Positions 41,834-57,073 of a stretch of 64,000 bases of DNA are shown here, one piece after another. Where the stretch lies: contig OX597821.1 of NCBI GenBank assembly GCA_951406725.2, positions 11,780,001 to 11,844,000 on the forward strand, read 5' to 3'. The translations under genes were made by a program, and so were the position numbers. The notes below the pieces were generated by a model. That model saw only the letters and a list, made by a program, of their open reading frames with translations, was not told the origin of the DNA and made no database searches. This stretch comes from Octopus vulgaris (lineage: Eukaryota). Numbering within the stretch: the first letter of the stretch is position 1; every line of letters begins with the position of its first letter.

Positions 41834-41900
41834 CATACATATTTATATACATACGTTGATATTTACATAGACAAACACACATATAAACATACAGACACAC
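41575..41900. repeat. (TA)n/(TG)n/(CA)n compound microsatellite
   Basis: Directly visible. Confidence 0.93.
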
Positions 41901-42679
41901 ACAGGTATACACATGAATATAAAGTATCGAAGTAGACTTTCAAAATCACACACAAGTAGTGAGGGAATAGATAAAAAAGGCTGTTTATAGGTGTATGGTG
42001 GCGTGTGTTCTTGGGTTTGCGTGTAGCTGTTTCTGTTTTTTGTATCCATGATTAGATATTAACAGATATTTTAAAGGCTTACACAACAGTGTTGCGCCTG
42101 CATTGAATTTTATTATTTCATATCTGTCTTTAATATTTTTTTGCAAGAAAAACAAAATCTATTTATATCACCACGAAATCATAGAAAATCTTAGAATTTA
42201 CATATTTTTATGTTTACACTCTGTAAGAAATGCACAAGTAGCGAGTATAAATGCACAATGGAAGCGCAAATAAAACATTGTAACGACCAAACAAGCAGAG
42301 GAAAAGAAAAACCCAACGAAGTTTTTGTTGAAAAATTACCTGAAACATTATTGTATATTTCTTTAGTTACATTTGAACTCCTGCAGGATGCTTAATGAGA
42401 CGTGGGTGATGCACAATATTCTTATTTTTGTACTCATCTTGGTTTTGCTGCTAGCAATATTAATAGAGACAAAAAAGTCTTGGCTGTTTTTTGTTTTTCA
42501 CATTGCAAAAATATCAGCATTTATTTCTAGTCGGGAAAAGGAACAAAATGCCATAGAATTTGATTAAACATTGTCGCAGTAAACTCCTACGCGGAACACA
42601 TATACACACAAGCACATGCAAACATGCAGGCGCAAGCACACCCATACCCACACATACGCACCCACACCCACTCCATCCA

Positions 42680-42713
<34 letters not shown>

Positions 42714-43087
42714 AATATATATATATATATATACATATGGTAGTATATTTTTTTCTGTGTATGAATGTATATGTATTTCTTCTACACTCACCTCTCCCGC
42801 TTTGTAGTGTGTGTTCGGGGTGTATTTGGGTGTATAAACACGGAAATACATATGCACAAACAATAATATATTCATATATTTATATAATGAAGATAAGTGT
42901 GCCAGGGCGTGCACGCGTGCTCGTGGGCAAGGATATGTTTCATTCGACATGCAAAAAACTTGCTAGAAAACTCCACCTATATAATACATGCACTTATATG
43001 TATGTATGTATCTATGTATGTATGTATGTATGTATGTATGCATGTATGCATGCATGTATGTATGTATTCATGTATCTACCTACCAAC

Positions 43088-43138
<51 letters not shown>

Positions 43139-43353
43139 CCTATCTATCTATGAGTTAGAGGTGAAGGAACCATCTAAGGGATCGTAAATATCCAATATAT
43201 TACTGGATGTATATCTACGTATTTATACCCAATTGCTTACTATTACAGGGCACTATCGCAATTGAATAGTCGGTATGGTTGTGGGTAAAGCAGAAATTTA
43301 CCCAGAATATTTATAAGGCAAATTAGAAAATGGGAGGATAAACAACCGACAAA

Positions 43354-43760
43354 CAATCTTCTAAGTTTTCCACATCACGCCCGTGATATACAGGGATTTT
43401 ACAAAGGTTGAACTGACATTAGACAGGGTTTGGGCAATGGTTCAGCCCCAAATGCTTTATCAGTGAGACTAACATGTTGGGAAGTAAGTTAAAATAAAGT
43501 AAATTAAAATAAAAATGGGAAATACGATAACATAATATGTTAAGATATTTTTTATTTTACTTTATTATTTTACCTTTTTTCCCCACATGATAGTTTCCTA
43601 ACATTTGGTCTTTCTGATGAAGACTTGGGGTTCAGCCATTGCCCAACCAATGTCCAATGTCTGTTCAACCTTTGTAAAATCCATGTATATCATAGGCGTG
43701 ATACGGAAAACTCTTAAAAGATTGGGCAACCCCATGGTAGAAACACCTGTGAGAGTTTAG
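43354..43760 (+). mobile_element. Older fold-back element with an HHR motif that has a long stem-II insertion
   Basis: Diverged inverted repeat ~43354-43484 / ~43593-43724; CTGATGA 43614-43620, GACTTGGGGTT...AACCCCATGGT, GAAAC-ACCT-GTG-AGAG 43740-43755. Confidence 0.65.
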
Positions 43761-43944
43761 TACTTATAAACGCATTTATTCTTATTCGTTTATTTTTATT
43801 TATCTCTTTATTTACTTATTTATTTGCTTACTTCATTCATTTATTTGGATCACTTATACATATGATTGTAATTAATTAATAACTAGATATAACCGAATGT
43901 TTACAGGCTGATGTTTGTCGATTGTTTATTCTCTTCATTTTCTT

Positions 43945-43970
43945 ATGTATATATATATATATACATATAA

Positions 43971-44022
<52 letters not shown>

Positions 44023-44560
44023 TTATATGTATATATATAGTTATGTGCATATATAAATATATGCATACATATATTTATATATATATATGTATAAGTATAT
44101 ATATGTATATTTATATATATATACACACATACACATCTTTATATACATACTTGATATGTACATACACACACAAAAACACACATATCTGTATATATATATA
44201 TATATGAAAGATGAAGAAACACCGATGTATAAACATAAATATTCTGCTAGTAGCTGTAGCATTAATAATGGTAACTGACAAAAAAATTGAAAATCTTAAA
44301 CTCAATTTACCTTTCTTATCTATACAGAAAAAGTTTCACCATGAACAGGAAACACAAGATTATCTTCTTCTTCTTCTTCTTCTTCTTCTTCTTCTTCTTC
44401 TTCTTCTTCTTCTTCTTCTTCTTCTTCTTCTTCTTCTTCTTCTTCTTCTTCTTCTTCTTCTTCTTCTTCTTCTTCTTCTACTTCTTCTTCTTCTTCTCTT
44501 CTTCTTCTTCTTCTTCTTCTTCTTCTTCTTCTCTTCTTCTTCTTCTTCTTCTTCTTCTTC
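43945..44560. repeat. (TA)n tract and (CTT)n tract (44363-44560)
   Basis: Directly visible. Confidence 0.93.
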
Positions 44561-45955
44561 CACATTCTTAGACACGTCTTACTTTTAATCTACTACTACT
44601 ACTACTACTACCTGCGAGCGCCCATCATCCCTTCATCATTACCCTCCTTATCTCTTATATTCTCTTACTCCTCCTCTCCTCCCACTTCACATTATCATCA
44701 TTATCATCATCATCATCATCATCTCCAGCAGAGCAGATAGCGACAATATCGAGGGTGATTCATAATCCATAAAATAAGGATTACTTTCAAAATATGCCAT
44801 ATGTATTGACGAACTGTGAATGACAGACTGAATAGCGAAGGTATCAAAATCGTTGTTATCAGTAATGAAATCAATGGCTTACTCTCCTTATCTTTAGAAT
44901 TATGAAGCATGTTACCATTGCCATCCATAATCTGGTAACAAATCTTCTTCCGTATTATTTAGATTTCCAATTTCCAATTCTAATGATATGAATATTATTA
45001 TTGTCGATAGATTTCGTATAATCTTTAATCTCAATGGAACCTTCATTTAATACACTGAATAGCACCACCATATGATTATTGCAACGATGGATAAACATAA
45101 TAACTTGCTCATCTCATAAGTCACGATATCTTGTGATGTAATCATAAGGAGCACAAATAAGTATTAAGACGAGTTAACTTAACTCGGCTTCGTTCATTTC
45201 TGATGCTCCGGCTTGGGAATCTTTGACAAAGAATAGCGTGACTCTAATAGAAAGAGTATGTTCTTGGACTTCGCTAATCGGCAAATGGTTTTATTTAATA
45301 ACACACAGTTAGAAGCATGTCTGTTTTTAATAAGAAAAGAGAAATATATGCTATGGTCCTGAAAATATACAAAACTGTGCCCACATCGATATAGGAGCTG
45401 ACGTGTTGTTAAAGATTTATATACGTAGCGTTGGAAACACCAAAAGTAAGGATAAACACTATGACAATATACGATTAAATAAAGATAAGTCTTTCTGTCA
45501 CTCAATACATCTCAAGACAGCTCATTGGATAATATACTGCCGTTGCCGTTGCGGCTGCTGCTGGCATTGCGACTGCAGCTGCCGTTGCGGGTGCTGCCTT
45601 TATTTGTGTATTTCGAAAGTCACTCAAAATGAATGCAAATATTTTAGTTTGTTATTCACAATGGCTGACCTACTAGGCGGCCAGAGGGACGGACTTCAGA
45701 GAGATTTTGAAAGAGTGAAAAGTACACACACTTGCACACGTACACATACAAAGCCTCTCTCTCACGCACATACACACACATGCACACGCGCACATACGCT
45801 CTGATACTGAGACACATATACGCGCACATAAATACGCATGCATATAATTGCATATATGTATGTAAATTTACACACATAAACACCCACGCACGTACACATA
45901 TACACACATACACATACACACGCGTTCGCATGCGCACACTCGAGAAGACACAGAA

Positions 45956-46370
45956 GGCAGCGAGCTGGCAGAAATGTTAGCACGCAGGGCCAGATACTTA
46001 GGAGTATTTCGTCTGCCGTTATGTTCTGAGTTCAAATTCTGCCGAGGTCGACTTTGCCTTTCATCATTTCGGGATCGATTAAATAAGTACCAGTTACGCA
46101 CTGAGGTCGATATAATCGACTTAATCCGTTTGTCTGTCCTTGTTTGTCTTCTCTGTGTTTAGCCCCTTGTGGGTAGTAAAGAAATAAGTATTTCGTCTGC
46201 CGCTACGTTCTGAGTTCAAATTCCACCGAGGTCGACTTTGCCTTTCATCCTTTCGTGGTCGATTAAATAAGTACCAGTTACACACTGGGGTTGATATAAT
46301 CGACTTAATCCATTTGTCTGTCCTTGTTTGTCCCCGCTGTGTTTAGTCCCTGTTTGCAATAAAGAAATAA
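45956..46370 (+). mobile_element. Tandem dimer of SINE family A
   Basis: One head, then the body repeats from gtatttcgtctgccg after aaagaaataa at ~46188. Confidence 0.88.
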
Positions 46371-46849
46371 GAAAACACATCTGCATAAGCGCATATGCAC
46401 AAATATAAACCATTAAATATTTTCCCAAATAAGTCTTTGCATATTAATAGAGACACCATCCTACCCTCTTTTGTGAGTTAGAAGTAAAATAATAGTGCCA
46501 CTGCCTCTGTGTTTAACAGGTAAATGGCAATTGACTTCATTATAAAGTTTATTCGTGATGCAGAATGAGATTTCTTTGATACCTATTGTTAATATACTAC
46601 CTTTTGAAATTATTTGCATGTTATCTTTTTCTTCTTCAATCGAATTGACTCATTCTCCCGTTTTATTATTTTAGGAGGTGGCATAAAATAATTATTCAGT
46701 GTTTCTTAGAACTGAAGGCTTGAAAATGAGAATTCAGCTAAAGTTTAGAATTATCTGTTGTATTTATGACAAATGTTTTTATATTTCCTCATGTTTGACC
46801 CAACCATCAACGTAATATGCAGAATAAAGTTATGTATTCTGTAACTGTG

Positions 46850-47154
46850 CGTGGAGGCGCAATGGCCCAGTGGTTAGGGCAGCGGACTCGCTGTCAGAGG
46901 ATCACGGTTTCGATTCCCAGGTCGGGTGTTGTGTATGTCTATTTAGCGAAAACACCTCCACGAGGCTCCGGCAGGGGATGGTGGCGACCCCTGTTGTACT
47001 CTTTCGCCCCAACTTCCTATCACTCTCTCTTCCTGTTTCTTGAGTAACGCTGCGATGGACTGGCGTCCCGTCTAGCTGGGGGAAACACATACGCCACAAA
47101 AACCGGAAAACCGGGCCCATGAGCCTGGCTAGGCTTGAAAAGGGTGACGAAGAA
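46850..47154 (+). mobile_element. tRNA-derived SINE family C variant with 14-bp TSD
   Basis: A-box tggcccagtgg, B-box ggtttcgattccc; attct(g/a)taactgtg at 46836-46849 and 47155-47168. Confidence 0.88.
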
Positions 47155-48219
47155 ATTCTATAACTGTGGATCTTTATTTCACCTTCTGTACATAGAAGCT
47201 CCGATATTCTTTTACTTGAAAATCAATAACAATATTACCTACATCAAAATCCATAAACCTTTTATTCCGGACCTTTATGTAACTGTGAGTGTATCATACA
47301 ACTCCACCTCAGGATGAAACACAAGTCTGTTGACTGACAACAATTAAGTGAACTGGAGCAACGAGAAGTAATATACTTTACGATAATTAAATGAATCTGT
47401 TCCCGGTGACTTTGCAATTTATCTCCGAGAAATCAGGTATAAATATAAATACCGATATGACTTAAATCCGAGTTATTTATATTGGTCTTAGTAATGTTGG
47501 TGGTAATCAATCCTCACCTCACTTGCTCCAACATATAGATACTTTTGGAAGACAAAGACTTCGTTCACAAGATTTAATTGAGAATGAAGACTTTAATTAC
47601 GAATCTCACTTGGTAATTGGTTTTATTGTCGGCCACTCGAGTAGGAGATATTACACGAAGAATGATTACCAGTAGCCCAATATCTATTTATCTATGAAAA
47701 AAAAAAACTGCTATGACTGCTACGAAATGTGTGAGTATACATGTGTGTTTGTGTGTGAGGGAGAGAGAGAGAGAGAGGATATGAAAGAGTGTAATAGACA
47801 CACATATTTACTTACGTATATACATGAACATGTATATATGTATGTATAAATGTATATTCGTTTTGTCTGTGTCTGTAGGTTTTTTTGTGGCGTGTAGAGT
47901 TCAAGGACAGCAACGACCCCGCAGTACGTTCCACTATCAATACGCAGACAGACACTTACAGTGGTGTAACTAATAATTATTCATTAATATAACAATTTCC
48001 TTTTTAATGGTACAAATGCTATACACAGCAGAGAAGGGATTAATATAAATTAAGATTTGATGTCCTATTTGTGATCCTGCATTTCGGAGTTTATGAGAAA
48101 CGCAAATGAATTGTACCAGTGATTAAGAGAAGCCAGATCACTAATCGTGCTGGGTCAATCTTATATATATATTTTTTAACCTTTTAAAAGAAGCCTTCTG
48201 TAGTTTTTTCACTTTTTAC

Positions 48220-48368
<149 letters not shown>

Positions 48369-48377
48369 ATATATATA

Positions 48378-49636
48378 CAGTGGTTGGACAAGATAATGGA
48401 AACACCTTAAAATTTCAAGCAAATTTATTTTAATATGGGGGTAGGACCACCTTTGGCAGTAAATACAGCTTGAATTCTACGAGGTATGGACTCATACAAA
48501 GTTTCAATTGTTTCCAAATGAATTTTTGTCCATTCTTCAGCTAAAAGAGTCTCCAGTTACTGTAGGGATGATAGTGGAGGATATCGGCTCCTTACTTGTT
48601 TTTCTGAAATGCACCATAAATGTTCGATAATATTGAGATCTAGAGACTGTGGTGGCCAGATAAGATGTTCAACTTCACTAGAATGTTCCTCGTGCCATTC
48701 AGTAACAACCTTAGCTGTGTGAACTGGTGCACTATCATCCTGAAAGATTGCGTTTTCCTCTGGAAACAGTCCCGCAACCATGGGACGAATTTGATAAGAT
48801 AAAATACTTAAACACTATTGACTGCCGTGAAGGGAAAGCATTGGGCCGGCGGATTTCAAAGATACAGCTCCCACCCCTAGATCAGCACAATCATCCTCCA
48901 TGTTTAACAGTTGGAAGAAGGAAGTCTGGGTCAAATGTTTCTTTTGGCTTTCTCTACACGTATACTCGGCCGGTTGTTGGAAATAACGCAAAGGATGACT
49001 CGTCTGAGAAAATAGCTTTCTTCCACTGCTCTAGGGACCAATTCTGTACGTTTTTACTTAACTCTAAACGCTTTACAACATTTGTTTTTGAAAGTAGTGG
49101 TTTTCTGATTGCAGCCCACCCGTGAAATCCGGCTTTGTGCAGCTCCTAGCGAACAGTTTTTTGTGGAAACTGGATTCTCAAGGTGGTCATTAATCTCTGC
49201 AATAGTTTTGAGAGCTGCACTCTTTTGATCTTTCCTAACAATTCGCGTAAGAGTCGGACGGTACCTATTTGAAAGTTTTGGTTTTCTTCCAGATTTTGGT
49301 TTCGACGGAGTTTTTCCCCTTTTTCTCAAAGGCTGTCATTACTTTCAAGACAGTTTTTCTTGATGCACCAAACATTTCCACTGTTTTCGTTACGCTAGCC
49401 CCTGCCATACGATCACCAACAATTTTACCTCTTCGAAGGTGTGATAGATCTGTCATTTTAATGAATTTTAATTACCTTATTCTGATAATACCTGAAAAGA
49501 AACAGCAATTTTAGGAAAACATATTAGGCAACACTAGTAATACACCAAAGACATAAAAATAAACCAACTTTTGACGGTTTTATATATACTTCAAAATTAT
49601 GATGCTAGGTGTTTCCATTATTTTGTCCAGCCCCTA
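48378..49636 (-). mobile_element. Full-length decayed Tc1 (DD34E) transposon, ~1.26 kb
   Basis: TIRs cagtggttggacaagataatggaaacacct / aggtgtttccattattttgtccagcccct with TA flanks; transposase pieces MTDLSHLRRGKIVG, GRKPKLS, IFSDESSF, FQDDSAPVH, WPPQSLDLNIIEHLW; frameshifted. Confidence 0.95.
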
Positions 49637-50997
49637 TATATACATGGTTGCATAACCTGGCTGTTAAGGTGTTGGCCTGAATGTTGAAAATATATTGTTG
49701 AAAATACATAGAAGTTTTATAAGAAACCCAAATGAATTGCAACCAGTGATTAAGAGGACCCAGATCGCTATATGCACTGTATAAGTCTAAACGAATGTTA
49801 CAGTATATGGTGCATTTTATTTGTTTTCCTTTTCATCTTTGTGTCCTGAGACTATGAGCTGAAATTTGCTATTTACAGGGCCAGCGAGACAGGATGTAGA
49901 GACAGCCCAAATGTTTGTAACACAACATGCCGGTAGGAGGCATATAAACTGTCGATCTACCTCCCGATTAGGCTATGCAAGAATCTGAAGTCACAATAAA
50001 AAGAACGGGGTAAATAGCACAAAGTTTCGGGGCCGAGGTCCTTGATTTCTGTCAGTAGGCCGTTTCTTCTTTTGTCTTATTGTAATCGTTAATATTGACT
50101 TCAGCGTTGTTAGTTTTGCAGCTGCTTCGGCTATTGTTATTGTTATTTTATGTCATTAATCCATGCTTCATTGAGTTGAGCTGAAATCTTATCCATCTGT
50201 GATAATCTTTTTAAACATTACACATTCGGGATAACGATCTATAATATTTCCATTTCTCTCGATAGTAATATGCGATTTGAGGGAGATTTCCTTGTTATCC
50301 CTCGAAGTGCATAGCCGTAGAATCTTTTACACTGCTGGGGCTTTTTTTTCCTTGTAGTTGCTGTTGTTCTGTTGTTTATCTTCAATATCGAGCTGATCGT
50401 GTTGGCAATTGGTCCAAGAAATTTATCTAAAGAAAATACTCAAAACTTTGTTACTCAACGCGTTCTTCATTTTATTATACAGCAAGTTGCGAGTGATTTA
50501 ACGGATAAGTAGCTGTTTTTTCTATTAGTTCCAGACAACGGCGTAAATTCTCCCAAGTATTTCGTGTTGTTGTGGTTGTTTTTGAATCTATCATACATAT
50601 TGTTGATACAACAGCTGCCTTTGCCATTGATATTGTAACTACTTGTGTTGTTGCTGCTAGCGTATTGTTATCAACCAGTGCTATGAACATTATTTTCTCA
50701 GCTGTTTCGATTTCCGATTTTAATCTTTAAACATTAAAAAAAAAGGCAAATGGAAAAGAACTGTAAAAGAAAATCATACGAACATACACAAAAATTAAAA
50801 AGGTAGAATGCAAAGTCTGCAACAATAAATATAAAAAAAGATTCAATGGATTTTTAAAAATACATTGTAAATGAACCAAATAAAAATAAAAAGAAAGTTG
50901 TTATTGAAATAACGGAAGAAAAGTTGAGAAAAAATCAGAAATTACCTATGTTCGCTCAGAAATCATGAGAATTTTATGAAAAGTTAGGTGTAATAAC

Positions 50998-51041
<44 letters not shown>

Positions 51042-51660
51042 TTATTAAATAAATAATAAATGAATTTGAATATAAAAGGAGAAATCCACAGAAAGGAAAG
51101 AATATGAAATTGAGAGAAAAGCACCATCAGAAACATGAAAGTTAGATAGATATACAAACATACTCACACGCTCGCATAGACACATACATGTATACGGACG
51201 TTAAAACATGTACCGACATATGCTGACATTGTATACTAATTCTTAGATGGAGATATGTCATAAATGCACATGCATATATTTAGATTTTAGATATTCCTGT
51301 ATTTGAGTTCTATATGAGTATATTTTACATATGAAGTAAGTACAAAACTCATAAGATCTCTAACTATTCCTTGGTGCACAACTCGTGTATCTCGTTGTAG
51401 TGTTTATATGCTTTACAAAAATACACATGAGATCACTTTTAATCTAAAAGCGTTTTTAAAATAACTTAAGACTCCACATAAAATTTCAGGTTTTGTTGTT
51501 GGCTCCGAGATGAATCCTGAATGATTGATACTTAGAGCATATTGTATTTTAAATTAGTTCGATGTTAATCCAATAAAAGATTTCGAAATAGCATTTGTAT
51601 TTTCAGTTGAGCAATATATAATTATAGTTCCTTGTATATCGATTTCATTCCCTTTTTGTA

Positions 51661-51692
<32 letters not shown>

Positions 51693-51695
<3 letters not shown>

Positions 51696-52078
51696 CTCTT
51701 TTACTTGTTTCAATCATTTGACTACGGCCATGCTGAAACACCGCCTTTTAGTCGAGAAAATCAACCCCAGGACTTATTTTTTTGTAAGCCTACTACTTAT
51801 TCTATCGATCTCTTTTGCGGAAGCGCTAAGTTACGGGGACGTAAACACACCAGCATCGGTTGTCAAGTAATGTTGAGGGGACAAACACAGACACACAAAC
51901 ATATACACAAACATGCATAGATATATACATATATAAGACAGGCATCTTTCAGTTTCCGTCTACCAAATCCACTCACAGTCCTTTGGTTGACCCGAGGCTA
52001 TAGTAGAAGACACTTGCCCAAGGTGCCACGCAGTGGGACTGAATCCGGAACCATATACTTCGTAAGAAAGCTACTTGT
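51693..52078 (-). mobile_element. SINE family B
   Basis: Reverse complement of the 62163-62618 type. Confidence 0.88.
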
Positions 52079-52563
52079 GTGTGTGTATGTGTGTGTGTGT
52101 GAAAAATTGTTGAGCTAACAATCTCAATCTTCTACAGAATCTAATGTGAAAAATATTCTTGAAATCATTCATTTATTTGCACTTTCTATAACGCCTTCTG
52201 TCATTTTCTGAGTTCTTTCAACAATCTTCGGAACTCTTCCAGTTATTTTAATCCCTTAACAAGTCGCCTGCAGAAAATTCCATATCATACAAAAGCTTCG
52301 TTTAACATTCTCCCCATTTCTGCCTTTCGACTGCCTAGTCACTCGAATTCATCTCCCAAAAGATTCGAGAGAAGAAACTAAAGGAAAATGATATTCTTAA
52401 AGTTTCTCCATTTCATACTCCTACAATCTTATGAAGTCAACAATGTACATACATATATACTTACATACATATATACATACCTACATACATACATAATAAT
52501 ACATAAATACATAATACATATGCAGACACACATATCCATGCATATATAATATTTATCTATCTA

Positions 52564-53105
52564 CGAGCAAAACGCCTCCCGTCCATTGGACGATGTGAGA
52601 CATCATATCGGCTGAATAAAAAGCAGTCAGTGTTTTCTTTTCATTAAAACATAATTAAGCATGCCTTTATTTCAATAAAATTTTTGGTTTTGTTAAACGA
52701 AGTTAAGACAAAAAGAAACTTCTTGAGAAACCAAATAGTCTTTCCTTTGTTCATGCCAAGTTTGAAGAAAATATCTCTTTTGCATCTTACTTTTTTGGTC
52801 TCTTAAATATTCTGCATATTGTAGCACCATTTCAAGCCAACCGGCTTGTTTTGCGCAAACTGCACGTATATTTTTCTCGCGTACGCGTAGCATAGTCGCA
52901 ACAGCTGATGTACTTGCGGGTACAAATGCACGTTCCCACGGCTTTATCGATCGCATTCTCACCTGGAATCGATTTTTGTAATTTTTTCAAGACCTATATA
53001 CCCTGACACCGTCGGTATCTACATATCAAATTTGAGCACAATCGGATGCAGGATGCTCGAGATCCTAGAACAAACACACATATAGAACGGATTTTATATA
53101 ATAGA
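52564..53105 (-). mobile_element. Non-autonomous Helitron-like element, copy 2
   Basis: Same termini and ~280-bp shared block as 38787-39174, with a different internal segment. Confidence 0.75.
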
Positions 53106-53435
53106 TGTGTATGAATGTATGTTTGTATGTATGTATACACACACAATCAAACACAGTTACACACACATACATGTTCATATCATCACTAAGCATTAGAAAA
53201 TTCATGAAATTGCGGACGCATATATACACATGCTAAAGCACACACGCATATTAATTTATAGTAGTACGGTTCGTAAAAAAAATATGCGAGGCTATAATAG
53301 AAATTTGTCAACAACAAGAATCAATTTCCTTAATTCTAACTATTTCACATTATTGCAATATATAGAAATGGTGTGCTGATGAACATAGGTCATATGTGCA
53401 TGCGCGTGCTGAACACGTGCTTCTATATATATATA

Positions 53436-53645
53436 ATCGCCATGTTGATTCGCTAGCTTCTGCACGCATTTTTTTCTCTCCTTGTTTCTCTCCGTGTTTC
53501 TTTTCTGTGTATCTTTTGTTGAAGAGCGTAGGCTCGAAACGTAAAAGACTTGTTTTATTTCTATTCCTGAGCACCATACTAATACAATTGTTTGTTTGTA
53601 TTCCACCTGCCTTCGTCTTTTGTTTATTTTCATAAAGCTTCCCGT
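53436..53645 (+). mobile_element. (TA)n-flanked short HHR-like element, copy 2
   Basis: TCTTT-TGTTGA-A-GAGC-GTAG-GCTC-GAAAC-GTA-AAAGA at 53512-53548; homologous to 12439-12650. Confidence 0.75.
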
Positions 53646-53716
53646 TATATATATATATATATATATACATAAACATATTTATATGTGTGTACGCGTTTAT
53701 ATCAATCTATTTACCA

Positions 53717-53769
<53 letters not shown>

Positions 53770-54834
53770 TATATGTAGTATATATACTCTCATTAAACTT
53801 CCTTTATATTATAACGTTATTTTTAAAAAATATTTTAAAAATGTTATCTAGTTTCAGCTCACGAGCAGTGGCCATGCTGGGGCACCGCCATTTACTATTA
53901 TGATATATTGCCTTAATTTTGTGAAGACCAGATCACACTCAACTTGAGCAAGACTTAGAGAATGTATGTATCTGAATAGTGCACGTTCGTAAAATTTTTG
54001 AAGATATTATTTGTATATTTATATACATATAAATAAATACAGCTCTGTATTAAACTGTACTACAAGTATGATAATGTATATAAATTTTGGCAAGTATGTA
54101 TATAGACTTGTGTGAATGTACGTAACTATTCATGTTTCAACGTATGGCGTAGTCCATTTTTTTTTAACTGTGCATATTCTTTCTACAAAGGAGTTGGTTT
54201 CTAAGAAAAACAGAAAAGATCATGAAGTTCGAATAAGAAAACTATGCAGATTTACAAGGTGAACAGTAGAAAATTCTTGTATTTCAATATCGCGATGGTG
54301 AATTGCGTGCATATGCGTTGTTGCAAACAACGTCTTTATTACCACATCTATCTATCTCCTAAGAAAAATACTTCGTTTCATCACCTTCCCTTTCTCTTCC
54401 TCACACACATATTCCCACAGTTCTGTATTTACATGCACATTTCAAAATGGATGAATGTTTGTTCATAGAGTTATTTGTAATGTCCGCCGTACCATCGAGC
54501 AATCGCAGGGTATGTATAAGCAAGGATATATTCACAGCATAACTGTACATATTTATGCGTATTTATACATACACAATATCAAGCCAATTGTTATATAATG
54601 TAATATCTACAGTCTTATAGGTGTATATATGCATACACATATCTTTAAGTAAAGAAACACACATACATACATACACGCCATAATGAAATGCAAACGCACA
54701 CAAGTATACAGTCACACAGATGCATAGAGGAATGAACGAAAATGCTTATTCACATGCTTGTATAAACGTGTATGTATAAAAACGCCTATATGAGCGCATG
54801 TATGTACAAATATAAGTACACATATAATAAATAA

Positions 54835-55082
54835 ATGCGCCCTCTTAAAGCCTAGCGAGGCACATGGGCTCGGTTCCCCGGTGTCAATGGTGTATGCGTT
54901 CCCCAGCTGGACGGGACGCCAGTCCATCGCAGCGTTACTACCTTTTGGCAGCTGAGTGGACTGGAGCAACGTGAAATGAAGTGTTTTGCTCAAGAACACA
55001 ACGTGTCGCCCGGTCCAGGAATCGAAACCACAATCTTACGATCAGGATGCTGACACCCTAACCACTAAGCCACGCGCCTCCA
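54835..55082 (-). mobile_element. tRNA-derived SINE family C
   Basis: Minus: ggcgcgtggcttagtggttaggg...ggtttcgattcc...gttcttgagcaaaacactt...gctgcgatggactggcgtcccgtccagctggg. Confidence 0.88.
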
Positions 55083-56973
55083 GAAGTGCGTAGATACTTA
55101 GCTATATATCAATGTTGCGCTTCTACAATTACACGCTCACTTCAATCATGTATGACTATCTTGTTCCCTTGTCAATATTACTGACGCTCAAATATTATCA
55201 AAGGAACCATGATTTTAGTAAACACCAGTCGACAGTTGATAAAGGGATTAGCTACGTGCGCGTCTATTCACTTTTCCCCATCCCTGTCAATTTCACATAC
55301 ACACTCACAGACATATTTGTGCATGTAGGAGCATAGTTCATTTATTAGCGAACACACACATACGCGCATGCATATGTGTGAGTTTCTGTGTATACCATGA
55401 CAAGACATGCCCCACCAGAACCTAATTCTACTTTGGGGCCATCGTGTAATATATGCCAAATCTCAAGCATTTTCAGAGACGGTGTTATTCGTCCCTAACA
55501 AATTTCAACCAGATCCGATTACTTTTATAATTAAAGAGAGAAAGCGAATGCAAGCGAGCAAGAGAGAGAAAGAGAAAGAGAGAGATGCAGAGAGAGAAAA
55601 TAGATATATATATAGAGAGAGATAGATAGTTAGATAGACAGATATAGAAAAGAATCGACCTGAGTAAGGGACATGTATTTCACTTACACATCAGGAACTC
55701 ATTGAAAATATTTGATCTCGACGGCGTTTGAAACGAAATTGTGTAGAGCTGAAACATTCTGTCCCACACTCCCACAACTCTGTCACATAGGAGACTGACT
55801 GTATGTGTGCGTGTATGTGTGTGTGAACGCATGCGCACGTGCAGAGGCAAGTGCGTGTGTGCCTACATTAATTTGTGCTGACTCTTTACGTCGTCTGCAC
55901 AAAATCTGCAAGACTATTTGAAATTCTGATTAACCGAATGACGGACGCGAGGTATTCCTAATCTACTTAAAATTTGTTTTTTCACTTGAGAAAGTAAACA
56001 AATACATCCTGTGTCTCCTAAAGGAAAGGCACAGTAATTTCAATAAATTTAGATTCAATTTCATAGAAAAGTGAATTTCTATGCATTGACGACTACTTAT
56101 TGGTCCAATGTATTAAATAGTCCAATGTTATTCCAAATTCAAATAGCAATGTATATAATGTATATGATGTAATCATATAGTAGAAATATGTCTGACATTG
56201 TATATTTAACAGTATGTTGATTTGAAATATATCGATCAAGCACTACATGTTGAATACATGAGCGAAAATGATCGAAATATGTGTAATATACCGAAATAAC
56301 TAAAATTACCGCAGTCAACATTTTTCGTATTATATTTGTAATATTTCACCATTTTAGGACAACATTATCTCTGTGGCTAATTAGGATATTTACTTGAGTT
56401 TATATTGAATTATATTCTAAAATATAATATAATATCCGAAACTTATCGGGAAAATAATCATGGGTATCATATTAAATCGATTATTAAATAAATCATGGAG
56501 ACTAATGACGTAATTTCTCTTAATATCCCAGTAAAAATCTATGATTGTTATTGGAAAGCAATATGCTAATTTTCGAACAATTCTTGCTCTATTGATAAGA
56601 AAACATGGCAAACAATGCCAAAATATTTTGAATAACAAAAAATTCGGCCATCTAATTTCAATATCGCTATTTCTTTTATTTCTACAATTTTCAATAAATT
56701 TAGTAAAGGCGAGCATTACTATAAACAATAGAGCTCTGGATTAAAGGGCTTGTGGTAGTTATCACGATTATATCCCTTCAGGTTTCGAATACGACCGTGT
56801 GGGATGTGATATATTTCGTGTTAGCGTGAAAGTAGCATTACTTTTTGTTTTAAATAATCTATTATGAATAATTTCAGGACAAGAAAGTTTATTTACGCTG
56901 GACATCCCATAAAAAATTTTGCTAATACTGCACAGAAGATTCTTTTGACTACCGTAAATCCTCGAGTATAATC

Positions 56974-57073
56974 NNNNNNNNNNNNNNNNNNNNNNNNNNN
57001 NNNNNNNNNNNNNNNNNNNNNNNNNNNNNNNNNNNNNNNNNNNNNNNNNNNNNNNNNNNNNNNNNNNNNNNNN
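56974..57073. other. Assembly gap (100 N)
   Basis: Run of N. Confidence 1.

Noticed and set aside
46850-46925. tRNA-like sequences with A and B boxes (also 37035, 55010, 61060, 62163)
   Set aside because: They are SINE heads continuing into repeat bodies, not tRNA genes
56950-56973. taccgtaaatcctcgagtataatc, resembling a pogo/mariner TIR
   Set aside because: Cut by the assembly gap and no partner TIR is visible
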